In this document: positions 1 through 7,726 of the stretch, piece after piece
How the letters are laid out: every line of letters starts with the position of its first letter
Position numbering within the stretch: the first letter of the stretch is position 1
NCBI GenBank assembly: GCA_031409335.1
Contig: JANNWY010000043.1
Coordinates: 1-19,025, forward strand
DNA: 19,025 nt
Direction: 5' to 3'
DNA from: Chthoniobacteraceae bacterium
Lineage (GTDB): Bacteria; Verrucomicrobiota; Verrucomicrobiia; Chthoniobacterales; Chthoniobacteraceae
Made by a program: the position numbers and the translations under genes
The notes under the pieces: generated by a model
The model's input: the letters and a program-made list of their open reading frames with translations, nothing else
Databases searched by the model: none
Told to the model about the DNA's origin: nothing

Positions 1-6
1 CCGCTG

Positions 7-108
7 AAGCCGAAGGCCCTTGGACTGCGGTGATTCCTCCACCGCTCTGGAAAACCCCGCTGCGCAAAAGCGGTGAAGGAATCACCGCAGTCCAAGAGCC
101 TTCGGCTT
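7..108. repeat. REP/REPIN-like inverted-repeat doublet (40-bp arms)
   Basis: 7-46 AAGCCGAAGGCCCTTGGACTGCGGTGATTCCTCCACCGCT is the reverse complement of 69-108 with 2 mismatches. Each arm contains internal hairpins (GCC-GAA-GGC; GCGGTG-n7-CACCGC). Confidence 0.85.
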
Positions 109-247
109 TCATTTTTTTGGAGTCATCATGGGACGTACGGAAAAATCTCGGGCCGAAGGAGAAAGACATTGACAGTATTTTACAATGTATTCACAAGGGG
201 CGCGTCGTTTGGGCAATCTTCCACTCAACCCTCCACTGATCACACTG

Positions 248-3200
248 ATGCATTCCTCCCGTCCTCTCCCTGTCCGCCAAAACAATCCTTCGCGCCCCAC
301 TCCGTTGATCGCCAGCATTGCTGCGCTCGGCGTTGCGCTGAGCACCGCCTCCGCCACCATCGTTTTCGATATTCGCGCTTCGAGTGTCGATGCCATCGGA
401 GGCAGCGTCGATCCTTCGGGGAAACTCGTCACGCTGGACGGCTTTAACACCGGGAACGTCACGCTGCAAATCTGGGCGCAGGTGGCGAATGCGGCACCGA
501 CGAATAACATCTTTGGCGTCCAAACGATCATGGGCTCGATCAAGTCGTCCGTCGGAGTGGATGGGGCATTGCTTACCGGCACGATGGCTCCGGCGGTGTT
601 CGCGCCGGTTTTCAATTCCGTCGCCACCGCCGGCACGCTCGCCGAACTCACGGTACCGCCGGACGGCAGCATCGATCTGGGATCGAACGCCACGGGTCCC
701 AACGTCGGATTCATCAAGCCACGGAAAGATCCGACCACGGGCGGCGAAACTGTTCCTGGCGGGACAATTTTCTACGTCACGAATAATCAACCGCTCGGAA
801 GCACGGTGAATCCGATCACCAACGGCTACGAGTTCCTGATGGGGACCGCCACTTTCTCCATCCAAAGCTTCGCGAACCCGAGCGGCTCATTTTCGTTGCG
901 CTGGGCAATACCGAGTTTCGTGTCTTCCATAGTGCGGGCGCAAATTGCCGGTTGGACCGATGGTGACGGAATCAACAACACCGGAAACAACCAGTTTTCA
1001 GAAATGTCGGTCGGGAGTGCGGTCAATTTCGTCCTCGGAGCGGTTAGCAACAACTCAATCTGGATCGCGACGGGAGGCGGGAGTTTTGGGTCGGCGGCGA
1101 ACTGGAATCCCGGCATTCCAAACGCCAGCGACAACGCCAACTTCGGCTCCGCGATCCAGGCACCGTCCACCGTCACGCTCGATGGAAACCGGAGCGTGAA
1201 GAGCGTGGCTTTCAGCTCCGTGAATGCCTACACGATCAGCCAGGGAACGGGAGGCGCGCTTTCCGTCGAAGAAGGATTCACAGTGCCCAACGGCAGCCAC
1301 AACGTGAGCGCGCCGGTGCTTCTGCCGAATGCGAGCACCGTCTCCATTTTGAATGCGGTGGATTCGCTCACCCTTTCGGGCGCGGTCGGAGGCGCGGGCG
1401 GAATCACGAAAATCGGACCGGGCAAATTACTGCTGACGGGAGCGAATACCTTCGCGGGAGCCACGACTGTGAACGCGGGCACTTTGGAAGTGAACACGAC
1501 TGGCGCGAACGCGATCGCTGGGAATGTCGCCATCGCAGGCGGCACGCTGCGGCTGCTGCAAAGCGAGCAGATTGCCAACGCCAGCAGTGTGAACGTGACG
1601 AGCGGCACGTTCGATCTCGGCGCGAACTCGGAGACGGTCGCCAGCGTGCAGATCACCGGCGGCGCGATCACCGGCACGGGCACGCTGACGAGCGCGAGCG
1701 CCTTCGATGTGCGCGCGGGAACCGTCGTCGCCCGCCTCGGCGGCAGCGTGGGCCTGAATAAGACGACCGCAGATACTGTGACGCTTTCCGGCGCGAATAC
1801 TTACACCGGTTTGACGCAGGTGAACGCGGGCGTTTTGCAGCTCACCACCGCGGCCGGAAATGCCGTCGCGGGTGACATTCTCGTGCGCAGCGGCGGGACT
1901 TTGCGGGTTGCGTCCGGCGGCAATATGATCGCCGACACCAGCACCGTCACGGTCAGTGGAGGGACGCTGGAAAAATTGGGCTCGACGGAAACCGTCGGCG
2001 CGCTCCGGCTTCTTGGCGGTTCGATCGTGGGAACCGGAGCTTGGGCCAGCATCGCGCCGTTCGATTTGCAAAACGGCACGGTCTCCTCACGACTCGCGGG
2101 CAGCTCGGGCTTGAACAAAACCACGAGCGGCACCGTGATCCTGACCGGGCTGAATTCTTACACCGGGACGACCACGGTGAGCGCGGGGATTTTGCAGGGC
2201 AGTTCGGACAGCCTGCACGGAGATATCGTGAACAACGCCACGCTGACTTTCGACCAAGACACCAACTCGTCTTCGATCACTTTCGCGGGAAATATCACCG
2301 GGTCGGGAGCCCTCGTGAAAATCGGTGCCAACGAGCTGGAACTCACCGGCACGAATTCCTACCAAGGCGGCACCACGATCAGCGCGGGCCGTATCGGGCT
2401 TCAAAACGCCACCGCCCTGCCGCTCGGCCGGCCCGTCCATATCGCGGCAGGCGGCGCGCTCAGCTACTTCGCCGTCCCTGCGCCTCAGCCCATCGGCACG
2501 CTCACCGGCGAAGGCTTCGTTTTTCTCAACAGCAATGCCGCGCTGACCATCGGCGCGGATGACGGCACGGGCACTTTTGCCGGCACGATCGACGGCGGGC
2601 CTGCGACCGTCATCAAGACCGGCGCGGGCACGCAGACGCTTTCCGGTTTCAACAACTACCGCGGCCCGACGAGCGTGAACGGCGGGCGCTTGATCCTCAC
2701 CGGAAACTGGAGCGCCACTGGCTACACCGCCGAGAGCGGCGGCATTTTGAAATTTGACGCGCTCGCTCTCACGCTTGGTGCGGGCAGCATCCGCGCAAAC
2801 GCGGGCGGCGCGATCGAGTATGGCAATGTGACCGTCAATGGCGGCTTCCTGCGCGGGCCGGGCGTCCACACCGTGCTCCCCGGTGCGACGGTGAATCTGA
2901 ATGGCGTCACGAGTTTCAACAGCACGACCCTCGCGCAAAACGGCGGCGCCAATCTGACCAACGTCGCCAACGGCGGCCAGATCACCAACGGCGCGGTCTT
3001 AAACTGGGACGGCGGCGCGAACTCCAGCAGCGGGCGGCTCACGGTGAACAACACGGTGAACCTGCGCGACTGGACGAACGATGGCGTCGTCACCATCAAC
3101 ACCGGCGGCATCCTGAACAACACCGGCAGCGATCTCGTGAGCGGCGGCGGCAGCCGCTTCACCGTGCTGCCGGGCGGCCAGGTGAATGTGCAAACCGACT

Positions 3201-3826
3201 ACGCGCTTTCGCTGCAAGCCAGCCTGCTTGTGAACAACGGCACGATCAACGGCGCGACGACGATCAACTACGGTGCGACGGCGAAAGGCGCGGGCGTTTT
3301 CGGGCCGGTAACCGTGCTCGATGGCGGACGCTTTTCTCCCGGCAACAGCGCCGGCACTGCGACTCTCAACGGCGCCTACACGCTCGGCGCGGGCGGCGGC
3401 ATGGACCTCGAAATCTTCGACGCCCTCGGCACCGCGGGCGCGACGACCGGCTGGGATCTCGTGCGCCTCCTCGGCCCGGATGGCCTCCTCGATGTGCAAT
3501 CCGGCAACACCGCCAACTCGCGCTTCCTCATCCACCTCGCCTCCACAAATGCGGGCGCGCTGAACTTCAACAACGCATCCATCTACGACTGGCAAATCGT
3601 GGACACCGCGCAAGGCATCACCGGACTCGACCCTGGCGACATCGGCATCGACGCCTCCAGCTTCCTCAATCCGCTCGACGGCGGCACCTTCTCCGTCGCG
3701 GAGCGCAGCGGCGATCTCTACCTGCACTACCAGCCCGTGCCCGAGCCATCGATCCTCGCCCTCTTCGCGAGCTGCCTCGGCCTACTCGGGCGCAGGAGCC
3801 GACGCCCTTTTGGGCCGGCGAAATAG
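248..3826 (+). CDS. Secreted surface protein with autotransporter-associated beta-strand (PATR) repeats and a C-terminal PEP-CTERM sorting signal
   Basis: ORF is open from 185, but ATG 248 better fits a signal peptide (..PLIASIAALGVALSTASA). Five xxKxGxGxLxLxGxNxYxGxTxVxxGxL-type repeats (e.g. ITKIGPGKLLLTGANTFAGATTVNAGTL). G/T/N/S-rich passenger-like body. Ends VPEPS-ILALFASCLGLLG-RRSRR. No autotransporter beta-barrel is visible. Confidence 0.9.
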   Translation: MHSSRPLPVRQNNPSRPTPLIASIAALGVALSTASATIVFDIRASSVDAIGGSVDPSGKLVTLDGFNTGNVTLQIWAQVANAAPTNNIFGVQTIMGSIKSSVGVDGALLTGTMAPAVFAPVFNSVATAGTLAELTVPPDGSIDLGSNATGPNVGFIKPRKDPTTGGETVPGGTIFYVTNNQPLGSTVNPITNGYEFLMGTATFSIQSFANPSGSFSLRWAIPSFVSSIVRAQIAGWTDGDGINNTGNNQFSEMSVGSAVNFVLGAVSNNSIWIATGGGSFGSAANWNPGIPNASDNANFGSAIQAPSTVTLDGNRSVKSVAFSSVNAYTISQGTGGALSVEEGFTVPNGSHNVSAPVLLPNASTVSILNAVDSLTLSGAVGGAGGITKIGPGKLLLTGANTFAGATTVNAGTLEVNTTGANAIAGNVAIAGGTLRLLQSEQIANASSVNVTSGTFDLGANSETVASVQITGGAITGTGTLTSASAFDVRAGTVVARLGGSVGLNKTTADTVTLSGANTYTGLTQVNAGVLQLTTAAGNAVAGDILVRSGGTLRVASGGNMIADTSTVTVSGGTLEKLGSTETVGALRLLGGSIVGTGAWASIAPFDLQNGTVSSRLAGSSGLNKTTSGTVILTGLNSYTGTTTVSAGILQGSSDSLHGDIVNNATLTFDQDTNSSSITFAGNITGSGALVKIGANELELTGTNSYQGGTTISAGRIGLQNATALPLGRPVHIAAGGALSYFAVPAPQPIGTLTGEGFVFLNSNAALTIGADDGTGTFAGTIDGGPATVIKTGAGTQTLSGFNNYRGPTSVNGGRLILTGNWSATGYTAESGGILKFDALALTLGAGSIRANAGGAIEYGNVTVNGGFLRGPGVHTVLPGATVNLNGVTSFNSTTLAQNGGANLTNVANGGQITNGAVLNWDGGANSSSGRLTVNNTVNLRDWTNDGVVTINTGGILNNTGSDLVSGGGSRFTVLPGGQVNVQTDYALSLQASLLVNNGTINGATTINYGATAKGAGVFGPVTVLDGGRFSPGNSAGTATLNGAYTLGAGGGMDLEIFDALGTAGATTGWDLVRLLGPDGLLDVQSGNTANSRFLIHLASTNAGALNFNNASIYDWQIVDTAQGITGLDPGDIGIDASSFLNPLDGGTFSVAERSGDLYLHYQPVPEPSILALFASCLGLLGRRSRRPFGPAK

Positions 3827-3878
3827 TGAGTTGAGGGTCTTTTCGACCGCACGGGATGGCGTCGCTCCGCCAGGCGCG

Positions 3879-5504
3879 TCAGGTGGTCGTTTGCGCCGCC
3901 AGCACCAGCGCTTTCCAGGCCGTCCCATCCGGCGGGATGAAACCATCGGCCGGCGTCGCGAAGCGGGTTTGGAATGCCTCAATCGCCGCCACGGTATTCG
4001 ACTTGGCAGGCGGACGGGCGATCTTTCCGTCCACGCCCTTTGGATCCATCTTCGGTGCCGGCAACGATTTCGCGACCCTTTCAAGGAGCCTCTGCACCGT
4101 CTTCACATCCACCACCGCGTTCTTCGCGCCTTTCTCCCATCGTCCGACCGAGTCCGCGATCGTCGGCCCTTCGTCCACCGGCGGCTCGATGCCTTCGAAA
4201 TAGTCGTCCAGATCCAAATCCAGCAATAGCTTGCCGCTGTCCTTGTGGCTTTTCAGCGTGCTGGCGGCAGTCCGCAGGTATTTTTCAAACCGTGTCACCT
4301 GACTGTTGCTGAACGTACACTCCTGATGAAAGAACTCCTTCACGGAAGCATCGCCCTCCCACTTCTCAGCAAGGGTCTGAAGCCGCTCGAAAGTCCCTGG
4401 GTGCATATGGCTGATCTTTGAAAGATAGCCCCGCTTCTCAAACACATTGGTATTCAACAAACCCGCATCGGTATCCTTGATCGTTAGTTTCTTGATCGTC
4501 ACCTTTGCGGCATTCGGCGGGATATCCTCCGCATTGGATGCCTTCACCGACTTCACCTCGTCGCCATCTTTGTAATACACAAACTGGTAGTTGCTGATGT
4601 TACCCCCCGTGAGCCGATCCGATTGCGCCAGCAGATAGTCGAGCAGAATCATCTCACTCATATCCCGCACCGCCACCAGCGCCTGGACATTACTCTGGGT
4701 AAAGTCCCGTGATCCTAGAATCGTCTTCGCCGGGCGTGAATCAGCCATGCGCGCAAAAGCACGCGTGCTGGCAAGGCTCGTGCCCACGCTGAGCCATTCC
4801 TTGTAACCCTCCTCGCCCGTCGTGTTCTCGAGCAGCGCCCCATAGATCTGCGTAAAGTCGGAAGTGAACAATGCGCGAGCCACCTCCGAACCCTTCGGAT
4901 TCACGTAGTATTTCTTAAACAGATTCCAACTCTTCGCCACCGTCCCCCGGGCACTCATCTCGCCAGCCAGACGCACCACCTGCTTGTGCTGCTCGATATC
5001 CATCGTCCGCAGCACTGCTGGCTTGATCTCGCAGATATCTCCGAGTGCGCGGGAGACATGGTAGTAACCCAGGATCGACGCCGTGCTTGTCGTCGTGAAT
5101 TGGTTGTCAGTCTGCTTAAACTTGGCCACGCACTTTCCCGTCTTCTCGACTTCCTTGCAGAAGCTCGCCGTCAGCGTCTCGGGACGCGTCGTGCCAGCCG
5201 CGAGTTCATAGACTTCGACAGCCGCGCTCGTGCTCGTGCGCTTCGGTGAAATCGCCACCGCGCCGGACTCCGCCGTGCCAGCCTGGTAAAAGTCGTAGCC
5301 AGCCAGCTTCTTCTCATCGGAAGTGTCCTTGCCACCACTCTTGCCGCGGTACTTTGCAAAAGGCAGATGCTTCGGCAGCACGCATAGTTCGTCCGGCCTG
5401 CCATCCGGCACTTTGAATTTCACCATCTTCACCCCGCGTTGCGCATCGCGATTCAGCGAGCCCTCGTAGGAATCTGCATCGGTGGCACTCATCGGCGCAG
5501 TCAA
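3879..5504 (-). CDS. Hypothetical protein: putative Fam20C/four-jointed-like atypical kinase domain plus C-terminal peptidoglycan-binding-like domain
   Basis: 541-aa ORF; TTG start with GGAG 8 nt upstream (alternative ATG 5492). Motifs AKFKQ, GYYHVSRALG..PAVLR, MILLDYLLAQSDR and IKDTDAGL. C-terminus DSVG..N..DVKTVQRLL..VDGKI..TVAAIEAFQ..ADGFI.P is PG_binding_1-like. The CDS is solid; the function is inferred. Confidence 0.7.
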   Translation of the reverse strand: MTAPMSATDADSYEGSLNRDAQRGVKMVKFKVPDGRPDELCVLPKHLPFAKYRGKSGGKDTSDEKKLAGYDFYQAGTAESGAVAISPKRTSTSAAVEVYELAAGTTRPETLTASFCKEVEKTGKCVAKFKQTDNQFTTTSTASILGYYHVSRALGDICEIKPAVLRTMDIEQHKQVVRLAGEMSARGTVAKSWNLFKKYYVNPKGSEVARALFTSDFTQIYGALLENTTGEEGYKEWLSVGTSLASTRAFARMADSRPAKTILGSRDFTQSNVQALVAVRDMSEMILLDYLLAQSDRLTGGNISNYQFVYYKDGDEVKSVKASNAEDIPPNAAKVTIKKLTIKDTDAGLLNTNVFEKRGYLSKISHMHPGTFERLQTLAEKWEGDASVKEFFHQECTFSNSQVTRFEKYLRTAASTLKSHKDSGKLLLDLDLDDYFEGIEPPVDEGPTIADSVGRWEKGAKNAVVDVKTVQRLLERVAKSLPAPKMDPKGVDGKIARPPAKSNTVAAIEAFQTRFATPADGFIPPDGTAWKALVLAAQTTT

Positions 5505-5555
5505 GCAACTCGCTCCGCAATAGTCGATACCATTGCCCGCCGCCGGCCAAATGGG

Positions 5556-6830
5556 TCACGGCACCGACATTCTCACCCGCAAATGCTGCGGCAACGCGCC
5601 GAGCGGCGTGTTGCTGCGCACGGTCACCAATTCCAGCCCATCCTCCTGCGCGATCGCGGACACTTCGGTCGTGTTTTTGCTCCAAATCGCGAGATCGCTC
5701 GAGACCTGCACGCGCACCGTGAGATCGCTCGTCCCGGCTCGGCGCTGGAAGCGGATCGCCGGATAGTCCGCGCCGCCTTCCGACACGCGCAACCATTCCG
5801 TCGGCGCACCATTGGGCACGAGCGGGGCGGAGCCGAGCGCGTATTCGGCCACGTTTTTCAGACCGTCAAAATCGGGATCGTCCGCGCGCGCGTGGTTCGT
5901 CGCATCGTAGCGGAAGAAACGCGCGACCCATTCCGCGTAAGTCGCATTGCGCCGGTCGAGATCGAGATCCCACGGCTGATTCGCAGCCGCGCCCGCGACT
6001 ACGATTTCCGCGGGCGTCGCGCCGTTCATGTCGCCGCGCGAAATCCCGCGCGCATTGAAACCGCCGACGGCGTTGGTGCCCGTGTCGGTCCAGTACATTT
6101 TCCCCGCGGGCACATCGAGGACGAGGCCGTGCGGGGTATCGAGCCCGGTGTAAATATCCTGCACCGATCCGCCGAGGGTCACCTCGCGCCGGATGGCGCG
6201 ATTCCCATCGCGCTGGCTCCAATAAAAGTAGCCGCCCGCGGAATCGACGCAGACGCCGCGGATATTCAGCCCGCCGCTGTGACGCTGCTCCGGCACGCCG
6301 CCGCCGATCGGGCCGCGGAAAATCTGCGACGCGCTCGTGCCCCACCAGAGCCGTCCGGCGGCGAGTTCGTAGTCGAGGTAATACGGCGCCATCAGGCCCG
6401 AGTAGAGCGTCACCACATTCGCCGGGAGCACCGCGCCGCCGCCCGCAGGAAGGACGACGCGGCGGATCATCCCGCCATTTTCCTCGCACCAAAAGACATC
6501 GCGCGTCGCGGGATTGAAGCGCAGATCAGCGGGCCGATTCAGCCCGCCGAGCACCACGCCGACTGCGCCGCCGGAGATGGCCACGGTGTCGATCTCGCCC
6601 GTGCTCGCGCCGCTCGCGCGATCGCAGAAATAAATCCGCTCGCCGACTTGATCGACGACGACCCCGCGCGGATCGCGCGTGCTCGCGATCGTCACGACGT
6701 TGCGCAGATTCGAGCCGTCGAAATTGCACGCGCGAATCGCCTTCGTCGCCGCCGGACGGTCGGACCAAAAGATGCCGCCGGCATTGGCAATGGTGGGAAG
6801 GATGATGAGGGCGAGGAGGGTGGTTTTCAT
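5556..6830 (-). CDS. Secreted protein with LDL-receptor class B (YWTD-like) beta-propeller and a C-terminal DPDxDG/EYALG module
   Basis: Signal peptide MKTTLLALIILPTIANA. Six blade repeats (IFWSD, IYFCD, VFWCE, LWWGT, FYWSQ, MYWTD), most preceded by PxGxxxD-like turns. C-terminal TYAEW..ADDPDFDGLKNVAEYALGSAP..VQVSSDLAIW..LRVRM. Confidence 0.85.
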   Translation of the reverse strand: MKTTLLALIILPTIANAGGIFWSDRPAATKAIRACNFDGSNLRNVVTIASTRDPRGVVVDQVGERIYFCDRASGASTGEIDTVAISGGAVGVVLGGLNRPADLRFNPATRDVFWCEENGGMIRRVVLPAGGGAVLPANVVTLYSGLMAPYYLDYELAAGRLWWGTSASQIFRGPIGGGVPEQRHSGGLNIRGVCVDSAGGYFYWSQRDGNRAIRREVTLGGSVQDIYTGLDTPHGLVLDVPAGKMYWTDTGTNAVGGFNARGISRGDMNGATPAEIVVAGAAANQPWDLDLDRRNATYAEWVARFFRYDATNHARADDPDFDGLKNVAEYALGSAPLVPNGAPTEWLRVSEGGADYPAIRFQRRAGTSDLTVRVQVSSDLAIWSKNTTEVSAIAQEDGLELVTVRSNTPLGALPQHLRVRMSVP

Positions 6831-6839
6831 GGGAACGAG

Positions 6840-6903
6840 AGTAGTTCCGACATTAGTCGGCAGAGACGTGACCGCGCGAAGGCCGACTAGAGTCGGGACT
6901 ACT
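6840..6903. repeat. GTAG-family REP doublet (REPIN-like)
   Basis: 6840-6861 AGTAGTTCCGACATTAGTCGGC pairs with 6882-6903 GCCGACTAGAGTCGGGACTACT (3 mismatches). Each arm is GTAG followed by a CCGAC-n4-GTCGG hairpin. Confidence 0.85.
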
Positions 6904-6920
6904 TTGCCGCCCGCGCTCGC

Positions 6921-7028
6921 TCATGGCAGTGGGCGTGCCCGGTAAAACATCCACCCCTCATCGCGCACGGTCGGCGCGAACAAAAAGAGGAACGCGGCCC
7001 CAGCGGTGAGATTGAGCGCTGTTTTCAC
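6921..7028 (-). CDS. Possible 35-aa small ORF or truncated gene remnant (signal-peptide-like)
   Basis: GTG-KTALNLTAGAAFLFLFAPTVRDEGWMFYRARPLP*, preceded by a C/A-rich leader (ACCCACAACCCCAAACTCCC). Ends 17 nt before the REP doublet. Confidence 0.3.
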   Translation of the reverse strand: MKTALNLTAGAAFLFLFAPTVRDEGWMFYRARPLP

Positions 7029-7057
7029 GGGAGTTTGGGGTTGTGGGTTTGGTGAGA

Positions 7058-7726
7058 TCAGTTGGACGAAACGCGATCCGGAGTTTGCGGAATTCCCTTC
7101 GGCTTCTCCGCTTTGCGCGAAGGCTTCGGAACGCCGGGCTGGTCGAGCGCGGCGACGAGGAAATCTTCCGCGCTCGGTGACTTCGCGATGCGCCAGTCGG
7201 GCTTGCCGCCGATCGCTGCGGAAGGCTTCGGACGCTTGGGCCGCCCGTTTTTTGTGTGATCCCACGCGGCGCGGTTGGCGGACATCACGAGCGCGTCGGT
7301 GGAGTGCGCGGCGACTTCATCGAGGAACGTGGCGACTTCGGCGGGCTTCCACCATTCGTCCGTTTCGAGGCGGCGACGGAGCGGGTGCAGCGCGTCGGCG
7401 TTTGCGGGAGATTTCGCGAGGATTTCCACCAGCGCTCCGTGCAGGTAGTGCAGCGCGGTGGCGTGGACCCAGCCGTTTTCGAGCTGGCGGAGGATGAAGG
7501 TGTCGAACGCCGTTTGCGCAGCGGCGACGGACGGCTTCGCGTCCCACTCGGCGGCGGTGAGCGCTGGATGCGCGCGGCGCGGCGGGGGATTTGCGGCGAG
7601 GGCGGCGTCGAGTTTCGCTTGCAGGATTTTGGACTCGGCGGCGTTTTCCGTGAGGTCCACGCCGTAGCTGCCGCCGGGCGCGGCGTAGCCGAGCGGGCTG
7701 CGCGTGCGCGCGATGCCATCGACCAC
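7058..7726 (-). CDS. In-frame continuation of the M56 ORF after a single TGA (C-terminal fragment), or a separate hypothetical protein
   Basis: Begins at the codon immediately after TGA 7729-7727, in the same frame, with no Shine-Dalgarno. Its first residues VVDG..SP..GG..AESKIL complete the SecDF-P1-head-like motif begun upstream. Confidence 0.55.
   Translation of the reverse strand: MVDGIARTRSPLGYAAPGGSYGVDLTENAAESKILQAKLDAALAANPPPRRAHPALTAAEWDAKPSVAAAQTAFDTFILRQLENGWVHATALHYLHGALVEILAKSPANADALHPLRRRLETDEWWKPAEVATFLDEVAAHSTDALVMSANRAAWDHTKNGRPKRPKPSAAIGGKPDWRIAKSPSAEDFLVAALDQPGVPKPSRKAEKPKGIPQTPDRVSSN

Noticed and set aside
166..197. TTGACA (169-174), TACAAT (181-186) and TACA-A-TGTA resembling a sigma70 promoter or BlaI box
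   Set aside because: The -35/-10 spacing is 6 nt rather than about 17, and the box has a 1-nt rather than 2-nt spacer. The ACATTG-n11-CAATGT repeat is too short to call. The region is probably the promoter, but no specific element is supportable.
185..3826. Classical type V autotransporter
   Set aside because: There is no C-terminal beta-barrel or terminal aromatic residue; the protein ends in a PEP-CTERM signal.
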